This document shows positions 25,439-33,192 of a DNA stretch of 36,060 bases, piece by piece; position 1 is the first letter of the stretch, and every line of letters begins with the position of its first letter. A program made the translations under genes and the position numbers. The notes under the pieces are model-generated. The model worked only from the letters and a program-made list of their open reading frames with translations. It did no database searches and was not told the origin of the DNA. Origin of the DNA: a virus (Duplodnaviria > Caudoviricetes). Where the stretch lies: positions 1-36,060 of IMG/VR virus record IMGVR_UViG_3300037424_001422; one strand, 5' to 3'.

Positions 25439-27048
25439 CATGATTTACGCCTCTTTTTAGCGAATTCTGCGACTTCTTCGGCTATTTCGAACTTGATGAT
25501 CATTCCCCATATCCAGGTCTTGCCGCCCTTTGGTTCAACATCGTAGCCTCGATCGCGCAGCGACTTATTGACCGTCTTCATGGCGGGGATCCGCTGCTCT
25601 TTTTGGTCGATATTTTCCTGAAACCACCACTCGAAAGCGTCGTACATGGCGGTGCAAGGCAACCGCAGATCAGACTGATCGGGGAAATGTTCGAGACAGT
25701 CATTAATGAACTGGCCGATATAATCCTCTTCATTGGCCAGGGCCGAAACGCCGTCAGTCACTGATTGAGGAGGACAAAGCCCCAGCTGCTGCCATTCAAG
25801 ACACCCCTCGACGAGCCACCGCAGGATTCCGGCCTTTTGTTCCCTCAATCTTTTTTTCAAATCCTTGTCTTTTTTCCGGAAGATATCGGCATGGCGAGGG
25901 TATTTTTTCTTTTCTGCCTCGACATCATCGACATATCGATAAGGAAAATCGATTAACAACAGGCGCTGCACCATGGCAAAGTCGCTGGTCAGGCCATAAG
26001 GCGGGTGGTTAGTTTGTAGGAAAAGCGAGTGAGTCGGGAAAAATCTTACTTCTGATTTAAAGTTTGGCCGGCACTTGACCTGGTTCTCTCCGGTGAGCTC
26101 TTTCACGGCAGAGCAATCGATCTTTTGCCCCTTGTTGGTTTCCGATCCGGTGATAATGCGCTTACCGAGAAGACTATACAGATGCTCACTTGCCGCATTG
26201 GCGCCGGGTTCATTGCGCTGTTCGATGAGCATGGCCTTGTTGATTTCATGGTAAAACGGCCCCATTACTTCACCGATCATATTGAACATGATGCCTTTGC
26301 CGTTCCGACCGGCACCAAGGAAAACCCAGATATACTGTTCGTGTGAGAAGCCGGTGATCGCGTAGCCGAAGGATCGTTTCAGAAATGCGGCAACCTCTTC
26401 ACCGCCACTGATTTCGACAATAGTTTTATGCCATTCGGTATAATCGGCGTGAGGATCGTAATTGAGATCCAGCGCTTTCGACATCATGTCCCCAGGGCGA
26501 CCAGATCCAAGAGCACCGGTCTGCAAATCGATGACACCATTTTGAACAGGCAGCAGCCAGGGCATTTTGTCAAAATCATGCTCTTTGCAGGCGATTGATT
26601 CGTCTACGATCGGCGCATAGGTGAGCACTTTATTCATGCCCTGGACAGTCCGGAGCTTATCAACCCGGCTCTTGTATTTATTGAGAAGATGAAATTTCCA
26701 GGCTTCAGGGTGTTTTTTGTCGATATCTTTCTCTTCGACTTCCTTCTGCAGCTCCGGAATCATCCTCTGATATTCAAGGGCACATTCTTCGACGGCATTT
26801 TTTGAGCGCTGGAACTCGTCTCTCTCCCATACATGTCCGGCCCAGCAATACCACTCTCCATCCTTCGGAGTCGTGTTATACAAAAAACGATCCTTGCAAA
26901 GTGAGGCATACATGCAGCCGTCTCCCCGCTCATTGGCATCGAGACAATCTTTGATGAATTGATCGTCAAGCGGTTGACGATCATCTTCCGGCAACAGATC
27001 CGCGACGCGCTCATTCACCAGGTCGGCAATTTCTTTTGCTGTACTCAT
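25438..27048 (-). CDS. D5-like / P4-family SF3 helicase (start MSTAKE)
   Basis: LPVQNGVIDLQTG (D5_N-like), Walker A GAGRNGKG, KELTG, QTNHPP, AMVQRLLLIDF. Confidence 0.92.
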   Translation of the reverse strand: MSTAKEIADLVNERVADLLPEDDRQPLDDQFIKDCLDANERGDGCMYASLCKDRFLYNTTPKDGEWYCWAGHVWERDEFQRSKNAVEECALEYQRMIPELQKEVEEKDIDKKHPEAWKFHLLNKYKSRVDKLRTVQGMNKVLTYAPIVDESIACKEHDFDKMPWLLPVQNGVIDLQTGALGSGRPGDMMSKALDLNYDPHADYTEWHKTIVEISGGEEVAAFLKRSFGYAITGFSHEQYIWVFLGAGRNGKGIMFNMIGEVMGPFYHEINKAMLIEQRNEPGANAASEHLYSLLGKRIITGSETNKGQKIDCSAVKELTGENQVKCRPNFKSEVRFFPTHSLFLQTNHPPYGLTSDFAMVQRLLLIDFPYRYVDDVEAEKKKYPRHADIFRKKDKDLKKRLREQKAGILRWLVEGCLEWQQLGLCPPQSVTDGVSALANEEDYIGQFINDCLEHFPDQSDLRLPCTAMYDAFEWWFQENIDQKEQRIPAMKTVNKSLRDRGYDVEPKGGKTWIWGMIIKFEIAEEVAEFAKKRRKS

Positions 27049-27134
27049 GTCAAAACATTGACCTTCGGATATTATAAGCCAGTGAAACAATATGGTTTTT
27101 CATTATTTCACCAAAATTAAATTTTTAAATGGTC

Positions 27135-27185
27135 CCACAAAATGGGGCGCGAAATACCCGCAGTGGATAGTGCCTGGAAGGACCC
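27135..27185 (-). other. Candidate cos site (cosQ-like GGGTCCT at 27179-27185, then a GC-rich cosN-like block)
   Basis: Exact lambda cosQ heptamer, 17 nt, then GCGGGTATTTCGCGCCCC and an AT-rich tract; a GpA-type terminase is present. Confidence 0.55.
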
Positions 27186-27286
27186 GCGACAAACTTTGCG
27201 TTGCTCGGTGGGTGAAAGGTTGGTGTTGGTTGTTTTTCATGATCTTATCCTTTCGGTTCGCGTAGCTCATAGAGGGGGGCTGGGGG

Positions 27287-28090
27287 TTATAGGTCCAACT
27301 GCTTTGAAAGCTCACGCTCGAAGTGCAAGCGGAACTTCCGATCATAGATCTTGTCAGCCAGGGAATAAAACGGCAGCAAAGGTTTGACCGCTTTGTTTTG
27401 CCTACCTACCAACATGATAGGCTTGAGCCCGCGGGCACGAATGATAGAAAAGAACCTTCCTCGTTTGCGGCCCTTCTGATAATCACCGAACTTGCCAAGC
27501 TTTGATTTGGCTATACCTCCAAATCCCTTACCGGATTGCTTAACCCGTTGGTATATGCCTGGAGGCAGAGCGCCACCACTTGAACCACGGGGTAGATAAA
27601 CGTAATCCCTGGACTTCTTATTGGTTTTAGCAGACTTAGCTGTGAGGTTAGCTTGATACCCTGGGTACATTTCAGCACGGCCCATGACACTCAACACCTG
27701 ACGTATTTGACCTGTGCTGATATTGCCGGATCGTGTCATTCTCGCACCTTTACCGGGGATGAACTTCAGTCTATCAAGAGCCAGCTCGAACCCCTTAAAC
27801 TTTCTCTTACCACCTTCAACCTGGGGAACGAGGTAGTGGTCTGCCATACGCTCTGGCTCTTTGAACCATACAGACGCTTTGAGTTTATGGTTACGGGTAT
27901 ACGTTATCTTCAAGCTGTTGAGCGTGAATGTTGTTGGTCTGTCAAACACTCGCTTCATTGTGCCCTTGATGCCATCGCGGATATTAACCGCAGTCCTATC
28001 AAGAGCAATTTCAGCAGCCCTACCGGCTTCCTTGGGGTATCTCGCCAGCATTGCACTAACCTTTTTAGAGTCAACAGAAAGATGAATCAT
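27287..28090 (-). CDS. gpZ-like (minor tail Z / neck family) basic protein
   Basis: ALDRTA...VFDRPTTFTLNSL...YLVPQVEGGKR motif. Confidence 0.7.
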   Translation of the reverse strand: MIHLSVDSKKVSAMLARYPKEAGRAAEIALDRTAVNIRDGIKGTMKRVFDRPTTFTLNSLKITYTRNHKLKASVWFKEPERMADHYLVPQVEGGKRKFKGFELALDRLKFIPGKGARMTRSGNISTGQIRQVLSVMGRAEMYPGYQANLTAKSAKTNKKSRDYVYLPRGSSGGALPPGIYQRVKQSGKGFGGIAKSKLGKFGDYQKGRKRGRFFSIIRARGLKPIMLVGRQNKAVKPLLPFYSLADKIYDRKFRLHFERELSKQLDL

Positions 28091-28091
28091 C

Positions 28092-28205
28092 TCAAGCCCC
28101 TGCCATTGCCACTAAAAACAAATAGCTACCGATGAGAAAAAGAGCTGAATAAGCAACTATGTATCCGGCATACACAACAACAGAATCCCTGGTCTCCTTT
28201 GACAT
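28092..28205 (-). CDS. 37-aa single-TM microprotein (not in ORF track): MSKETRDSVVVYAGYIVAYSALFLIGSYLFLVAMAGA
   Basis: Manually translated; GGAGG RBS; fills the gap between its neighbours. Confidence 0.65.
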   Translation of the reverse strand: MSKETRDSVVVYAGYIVAYSALFLIGSYLFLVAMAGA

Positions 28206-28209
28206 ATCA

Positions 28210-28719
28210 CTACCTCCCGTTTGGACAGATGTTCAGCTTCAGCTGCACCAGGGCGACTATAGCTGCATCTATATCTTTGATGCATGCCGCCTTTGCCGCA
28301 CTGTTTGTTTCACCTTCAAACCCGACCTGCCGTGCTGACTCGATTACCTCGCCGGTCTCTTTCAGCACTCTCGATAGACGGGCAAGCATATCAGACCCGG
28401 GGGAAAGAGACGGCTGCAGAAGAGGAACGAATACGCCGTTAAGCAAACTGGCGATATAATCGCCGATCGGGTAAGCGCGATCCGGAGCACCATCATCCTC
28501 TTTGACCATGAGTATGAGGGCGCGGAGTGTATCGAGTGGGCTGGTGCGTCCGGAAGCTGCCTCCTTCCTAGACATCGGTTCGCGGCACCAGGCCGTGACC
28601 AACTGTGGTGATCTAGAAATTATACGGCTCAACTCCATAGCATCACCCCGGCTAATTACTTTGCCCATTATCTCATATGCTCTACGGGGTGGCTGTTTCA
28701 TTTCTGTAACCATTAACAC
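28210..28719 (-). CDS. CII/CP76-like phage regulatory protein
   Basis: N-terminal HTH-like region, AWCREP...SPLDTL, LKETGEV. Confidence 0.65.
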   Translation of the reverse strand: MLMVTEMKQPPRRAYEIMGKVISRGDAMELSRIISRSPQLVTAWCREPMSRKEAASGRTSPLDTLRALILMVKEDDGAPDRAYPIGDYIASLLNGVFVPLLQPSLSPGSDMLARLSRVLKETGEVIESARQVGFEGETNSAAKAACIKDIDAAIVALVQLKLNICPNGR

Positions 28720-28799
28720 ATCCTCATTTAGACAAAGTTTTATTATTACAGATAGATATCTGCACTATTTCACAATTAAAACTTCAGTAGTCTTGCTAC

Positions 28800-28940
28800 T
28801 TACTCAACAGGCAGGTACAACATCGTGCGCTGCTCAATCAACCCTTTCAGATCTTCCATATCACTACTGCAATAAAGCGCTGCCGCCGCACCACATACAA
28901 GGAACAACAGGACCATTATTACAGTTGATTTCATAATCAT
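28800..28940 (-). CDS. 46-aa microprotein with hydrophobic N-terminus (not in ORF track)
   Basis: MIMKSTVIMVLLFLVCGAAAALYCSSD...; AAGGGG RBS right after the upstream stop. Confidence 0.5.
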   Translation of the reverse strand: MIMKSTVIMVLLFLVCGAAAALYCSSDMEDLKGLIEQRTMLYLPVE

Positions 28941-28945
28941 GCCCC

Positions 28946-29161
28946 TTAGTCGTCAAGGCCGACGGAATTGATTGTCATCTTTTTCCCAGTGAAAGGGTTT
29001 ATGTAAACATTACTTCGCTTATTCCGGACAAGGGGAGCGACAGAAGCCTCCAGGGCATCAGCCTGGAGATTCAACTCTTTGGCCATTACGCGCAGCCTGG
29101 CTGCAGCTATCTCTGCCTGCGTTAACTCGCGAAGAGTATTTTTCTTGTCCTGCTTGCTCAC
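28946..29161 (-). CDS. Small basic coiled-coil protein (71 aa)
   Basis: TAGTG coupling; YINPFTGK motif. Confidence 0.65.
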   Translation of the reverse strand: MSKQDKKNTLRELTQAEIAAARLRVMAKELNLQADALEASVAPLVRNKRSNVYINPFTGKKMTINSVGLDD

Positions 29162-29640
29162 TACCGTTCACCTTTTAAAAATTCTTTTTGATAGCATGCG
29201 ACTGTTCGTTCCAATTCGGCGATCGCCTCATGCATAAGGTGCTCAACACCGGTAAGGTCCAGCTTATTTTCAATTGCCCGCTGCAGTTCGCCAACGGCGC
29301 GGAAATCGGCAAGGATCTCGTCTGATATATCCGGTAAAGGCTCGACTATTTCCGGAACATTATCAGCGGCTGCAGACGTACCTGACGCAAGATAAGCAAG
29401 AGCAGAGCGTACAGTTCCGCAATGGGCAAGATCGTCCAGGGCTTCAAGCAGGATCTTAACTCCATAAATCGGATCATATGCGCCCTCAGGCTTAGCGGTA
29501 TAGCGGGGATCCTCACACCAATAATCCACTGCCCGGGCATTTTTTTTGCCGAATATTGAATAGAGCACCGAGCGGCCCAGGTGCTTTCGGGCAAAGTGAA
29601 AAACCTGCCATGATTGCATTTCTCTTGTTTTGTTCGGCAT
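29161..29640 (-). CDS. Second CII/CP76-like regulatory protein
   Basis: YWCEDP...YDPIYG, FRAVGEL; GAGG RBS. Confidence 0.55.
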   Translation of the reverse strand: MPNKTREMQSWQVFHFARKHLGRSVLYSIFGKKNARAVDYWCEDPRYTAKPEGAYDPIYGVKILLEALDDLAHCGTVRSALAYLASGTSAAADNVPEIVEPLPDISDEILADFRAVGELQRAIENKLDLTGVEHLMHEAIAELERTVACYQKEFLKGER

Positions 29641-29830
29641 TTAAAAACTTCCTCGATTATGAGAACCTGGGATCATGAAAACGAAATTTTCTTGCAAAAA
29701 TGCCCGTACCCCTGATAGGTTATGAAGTGCGACCCTCATTGCCCGAATTGCGTTCAGGGGACGGGACTTTTTTTTGTATCCCTTCCTTGGCCTGTTCTGG
29801 CCTAATTTTTCACATCTCACTGGTGCAACA

Positions 29831-30211
29831 ATGAAACCATCACAAATAGTGGCAAAAAAAATAGAAACCGCATTTACCGACGATCCAAACTGGATGGCCA
29901 TGGCTGCATCTTCAGAAAATGCTTCCGTTGAAATCGTTTTTGAGACGATGAAAGCTCCCGCGATAGCCGCAGGAATCCTGCTGTCTAGCCAGGATGCGGT
30001 TAAAAAGATGAGCCCGGAAGTTCTCGCCGATGAATTGGCCAAAAACCTCGAAATCTCTATGCAAGCCTTGCCGGAAGCCGTTGACATTTCACTTGCCGCT
30101 GATGGTGATGTTCTGTGCATCAATATCGGCTCTGGAGCATTTTTTTTCAGACTTACCGAGCCAGCTAAACGTGCCATCAGCAAGCCACTCAAGAATATTG
30201 GAACGCTCTGA
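29831..30211 (+). CDS. Hypothetical moron-like protein antisense to the lytic operon
   Basis: Protein-like composition from ATG 29831 within ORF 29774..30211. Confidence 0.55.
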   Translation: MKPSQIVAKKIETAFTDDPNWMAMAASSENASVEIVFETMKAPAIAAGILLSSQDAVKKMSPEVLADELAKNLEISMQALPEAVDISLAADGDVLCINIGSGAFFFRLTEPAKRAISKPLKNIGTL

Positions 30212-30289
30212 TTGCAGTTTTGCCGTGAGTATTGGATCGGTAGAGGATGTCGCATTTCTAAAACCAGTCAATTTCAATCGTTCAGACAT
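30089..30289 (-). CDS. Hypothetical 66-aa protein (MSERLKL...)
   Basis: Strong AAGGAG RBS before ATG 30289; overlaps the plus-strand ORF. Confidence 0.45.
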   Translation of the reverse strand: MSERLKLTGFRNATSSTDPILTAKLQSERSNILEWLADGTFSWLGKSEKKCSRADIDAQNITISGK

Positions 30290-30324
30290 GTTGTTGCTCC
30301 TTTTTCCTTTATTGCGAGATTGAG

Positions 30325-30531
30325 ATGGAAACACCGACAACTCTTCACCCGATAACCTTTGAAATTGGCGGATACTTTTTTCAGGTGGTTTCATATTCCA
30401 GTTTAACGAATGATCAAGCAGCTAAAATAGCTGAATATTTTTACAGAACACATAAGCTCAAGAAAAAAGACAAAGGCAGCATAATTAAGGTCGTGACCCT
30501 TCTGGAAGGTGAGAGCCTAAAATTGCTATGA
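30325..30531 (+). CDS. Hypothetical 68-aa low-GC protein
   Basis: Protein-like sequence, AT-rich, antisense to the early operon. Confidence 0.55.
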   Translation: METPTTLHPITFEIGGYFFQVVSYSSLTNDQAAKIAEYFYRTHKLKKKDKGSIIKVVTLLEGESLKLL

Positions 30532-30697
30532 GCAACGGAATGTCGCTTTTTTTTACAGTTATCTCTGTCTTGCTGGCGAAATCTCCGATTGAGATTGTGT
30601 CACCAGTTCTCGATATGGTGTGAAATTTTATTAATGCAGCAACGGCCGGAGAGATATCCTCGCTAACAGGATAGAGCTTGATAACTTTTTCAGGCAT
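30485..30697 (-). CDS. Hypothetical protein (start MPEKVIK)
   Basis: GGAG RBS; overlaps the cro-like stop. Confidence 0.5.
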   Translation of the reverse strand: MPEKVIKLYPVSEDISPAVAALIKFHTISRTGDTISIGDFASKTEITVKKSDIPLLIAILGSHLPEGSRP

Positions 30698-30920
30698 TTT
30701 GTTGCTCCACTTGCTCTTGATGATGTTGTTGATCCGTCCAGATTTCATCGACAGGTTTGTTAATTAGCCCAGAGATGATCTGCTGCACTCTAGGGCTATT
30801 GACCTCGTTGTTTACTACCCGGTAAAAAGTGGCTTTTGAAACCCCATACTCTTTTGCCACTTCCGGGAGGCGTTTTCCGGTCGCCATTAAGATGGCTCCG
30901 ATTATTTGTGTGCTATTCAT
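30690..30920 (-). CDS. Cro/Ner-like HTH regulator
   Basis: LPEVAKEYGVSKATFYRVV...SPRVQQIISGLINKPVDEIW; divergent from the repressor. Confidence 0.85.
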   Translation of the reverse strand: MNSTQIIGAILMATGKRLPEVAKEYGVSKATFYRVVNNEVNSPRVQQIISGLINKPVDEIWTDQQHHQEQVEQQNA

Positions 30921-30981
30921 GAGACTAAGGTATCAGCAAATGACAGTAAGTGTCAAGAATAAAAAAACAGGAAATGACAGT
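30921..30981 (-). promoter_or_regulatory. Lytic promoter (TTGACA-18-TACCTT) with overlapping operator TGACA-N5-TGTCA
   Basis: -35 at 30951-30956, -10 at 30927-30932, palindrome 30941-30955, AAATGACAGT repeated at 30938 and 30972. Confidence 0.7.
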
Positions 30982-31813
30982 GAATGACTCAATGGTAGAA
31001 TTTTTCCATAGATTACGGGCAATTGCGTCTATAAAAAATAAATTCCAGACAGATCTTGTTGCCGGCTTAGGAAAGCATAGTTCGACTATTAGTAAATGGT
31101 GGAATGGTGAAATCGTTCCAGGACCGAAAAACATGAGATTAATAGCGGACTATTTCGGTTGTAATATAGAATGGCTGGCTAAAGGAAAAGGGGAAATGTT
31201 TCCTGAAAACCGTCCGCTCAGCCTTGGTTCTGGCGGTGACGATGATGACGATGATGACGACGATGAATATGAAGAGTACGAAGATGATAAAAACAAAAGC
31301 GTTCCAACCTCTTCAAGAAAGGAGCATTACAAAGAGAACAACGTACCAAGACAAGGCCATCCGTTTGGCAAAAGGTTGCAATACCTTCTGGATGTAAAAC
31401 AAATCAAAGAGGTGGATGCAGCCAAGGCGGTTGGCATTGGTGGATACAAATTCAAACTTTTATTAGATGGTCATGTTTTTAGACCGAAGCTCGATACCCT
31501 TCAACGTATCTCCAATTATTTTTGTTGTGATATAGACTGGCTCGCAGACGGGAAAGGTGAGCCTTTTCCAATGAAAAACAGGCTGGTATCTTCGACATCA
31601 GAGCCTGAAACAAAAACAATCAGGATGTACCGCGAACTAGCCCAGATGGATGCCGACACCCTCGGAGAGATTCAAACATGGTTAAACGATATGGAAAATC
31701 TACGTCCAGGATTTACCGGATGGTTTCGTCTTGAGTTTCAAAATCGCTTTCCCGAATTTGACGATTGGAAACGCAAGATCATAAAAAAACAAACAAACGG
31801 CACAGATTATTAA
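30950..31813 (+). CDS. CI-like repressor with two XRE-type HTH domains and a poly-Asp linker (start may be ATG 30974)
   Basis: IADYFGCNIEWLAKGKGEMFP and ISNYFCCDIDWLADGKGEPFP; divergent from the cro-like gene. Confidence 0.85.
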   Translation: MSRIKKQEMTVNDSMVEFFHRLRAIASIKNKFQTDLVAGLGKHSSTISKWWNGEIVPGPKNMRLIADYFGCNIEWLAKGKGEMFPENRPLSLGSGGDDDDDDDDDEYEEYEDDKNKSVPTSSRKEHYKENNVPRQGHPFGKRLQYLLDVKQIKEVDAAKAVGIGGYKFKLLLDGHVFRPKLDTLQRISNYFCCDIDWLADGKGEPFPMKNRLVSSTSEPETKTIRMYRELAQMDADTLGEIQTWLNDMENLRPGFTGWFRLEFQNRFPEFDDWKRKIIKKQTNGTDY

Positions 31814-31884
31814 TTTTGCAGAGTATTTATCTATCAACAAAAAACTAAATATTTAATTCCACACCTTTAGCCAAAGGAATCTTA

Positions 31885-32544
31885 ATGATGAAAGATGAGA
31901 ATGGGCAACCTACAAACTATCATTTTAACAAACGAATCCTTAACGATAGAACCATAGATGAGCTAATTGGCATAGCGAAGGGGATTGTTGCCGATGGGGC
32001 CGTCAATAAAGAAGAAACAGTTTTTTTGCTTTCGTGGATGGAGAGAAACGCAAGATATTCAAACGACAGAATTGTCAACTTACTCTATTCAAGAATTCAG
32101 AATATGTTGGCAGATAATATACTTGACCCAAGCGAGCAAGAAGAATTGTTTCAAATCCTGAAAAGCATAACAGGAGAGCAATGTCCAGCTAATGTAGTCG
32201 AATCAACGGTAGCAACATTTCCACTAAATATCCCTCCACCTGATATAAATATTAAAGGTTCTTATTTTTGCCTCACCGGTAAATTTGCATATGGGCCTAG
32301 AAGAATTTGTGAAGCGGCAATCATAGAAAGAGGGGGTAATATAAAATCGAATATTTCCGATTGGGTTGATTACTTAGTTATAGGGAGTTTATGTAGTGAT
32401 CAATGGGCACACACTACTTACGGCCGCAAGATAGAACAAGCGATGTTGCTGCAAAATCCTGAGTCCGAAAGATGCCACGGAGATAAAATAGCAATAATAC
32501 ATGAAGATCATTGGTCTAAATACATGTTCCAAAATAGAGATTGA
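31885..32544 (+). CDS. BRCT-domain protein
   Basis: FCLTGKF...IERGG...DYLVIG...YGRKIEQA...IIHEDHW. Confidence 0.88.
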   Translation: MMKDENGQPTNYHFNKRILNDRTIDELIGIAKGIVADGAVNKEETVFLLSWMERNARYSNDRIVNLLYSRIQNMLADNILDPSEQEELFQILKSITGEQCPANVVESTVATFPLNIPPPDINIKGSYFCLTGKFAYGPRRICEAAIIERGGNIKSNISDWVDYLVIGSLCSDQWAHTTYGRKIEQAMLLQNPESERCHGDKIAIIHEDHWSKYMFQNRD

Positions 32545-32593
32545 TTTACGCTGAGTTGATTAATTTATTTTAAAAAAAAGGGAGCAAAAATGT

Positions 32594-32803
32594 TTGGACT
32601 TGATGGCGGTGGACTTTTTTTTTGTGTTGTTTATTTTGGCAGGATTTTTTCTTCCATTTATCATCAATGCCAACCTTGCAAAAAGCAGGGGGAAAAGCAT
32701 TCCTTTAATACTTTTACTTACTTGCATCTTTAGTTGGATTGTTACTTTGATACTGGCTTTTCTACCAAAAACGACTGAAAACGTGGAATCTAATGGGAAT
32801 TGA
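32594..32803 (+). CDS. Small multi-TM membrane protein
   Basis: Hydrophobic helices flanking LAKSRGKS; GGAG RBS. Confidence 0.75.
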   Translation: MDLMAVDFFFVLFILAGFFLPFIINANLAKSRGKSIPLILLLTCIFSWIVTLILAFLPKTTENVESNGN

Positions 32804-33182
32804 TATCGCAGCAGAAAGGAAAAGGAAAGCGGCAGAGCAACTTAATGCTGCCCAAAAAACAAAAAAGAGAACAATTAGCCAAGCAATTGAAGATTTCTCT
32901 ATGACCCCTCCAGCTGTCCCCACCTATAAGTTCATCTGTACCCAGTGCGGCACTCCTGGCAAACCAAAAACGATAACTAAAGGCAACATACTGGTTGAGC
33001 TGGTTCTCTGGATATTTGGTATAGCGTTTATTTGGTTTTTTGGGATATCCATCATCATGGCCATCATATATTCAGCATGGCGGCATTTATCGAGGTTCAA
33101 AGGCTGCAGAGAATGTCACGGCCCTATGATAAAATTAGATACCCCTATGGGGCAAAAACTCATGCAATCACTAGGCGCCTGA
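32793..33182 (+). CDS. Membrane protein with split Zn ribbon (CTQC-TM-TM-CREC)
   Basis: CxxC pairs flank a hydrophobic hairpin. Confidence 0.75.
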   Translation: MGIDIAAERKRKAAEQLNAAQKTKKRTISQAIEDFSMTPPAVPTYKFICTQCGTPGKPKTITKGNILVELVLWIFGIAFIWFFGISIIMAIIYSAWRHLSRFKGCRECHGPMIKLDTPMGQKLMQSLGA

Positions 33183-33192
33183 TTGACTTAAC

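Noticed and set aside
23533-27048. P4-like satellite or PICI
   Set aside because: The element encodes its own full head and tail gene set.
30690-30920. Mu-like transposable phage suggested by the Ner-like protein
   Set aside because: No MuA/MuB genes; a tyrosine integrase at a tRNA and a GpA terminase are present instead.
31885-32544. NAD-dependent DNA ligase
   Set aside because: Only 219 aa; BRCT is present but there is no KxDG adenylation domain.
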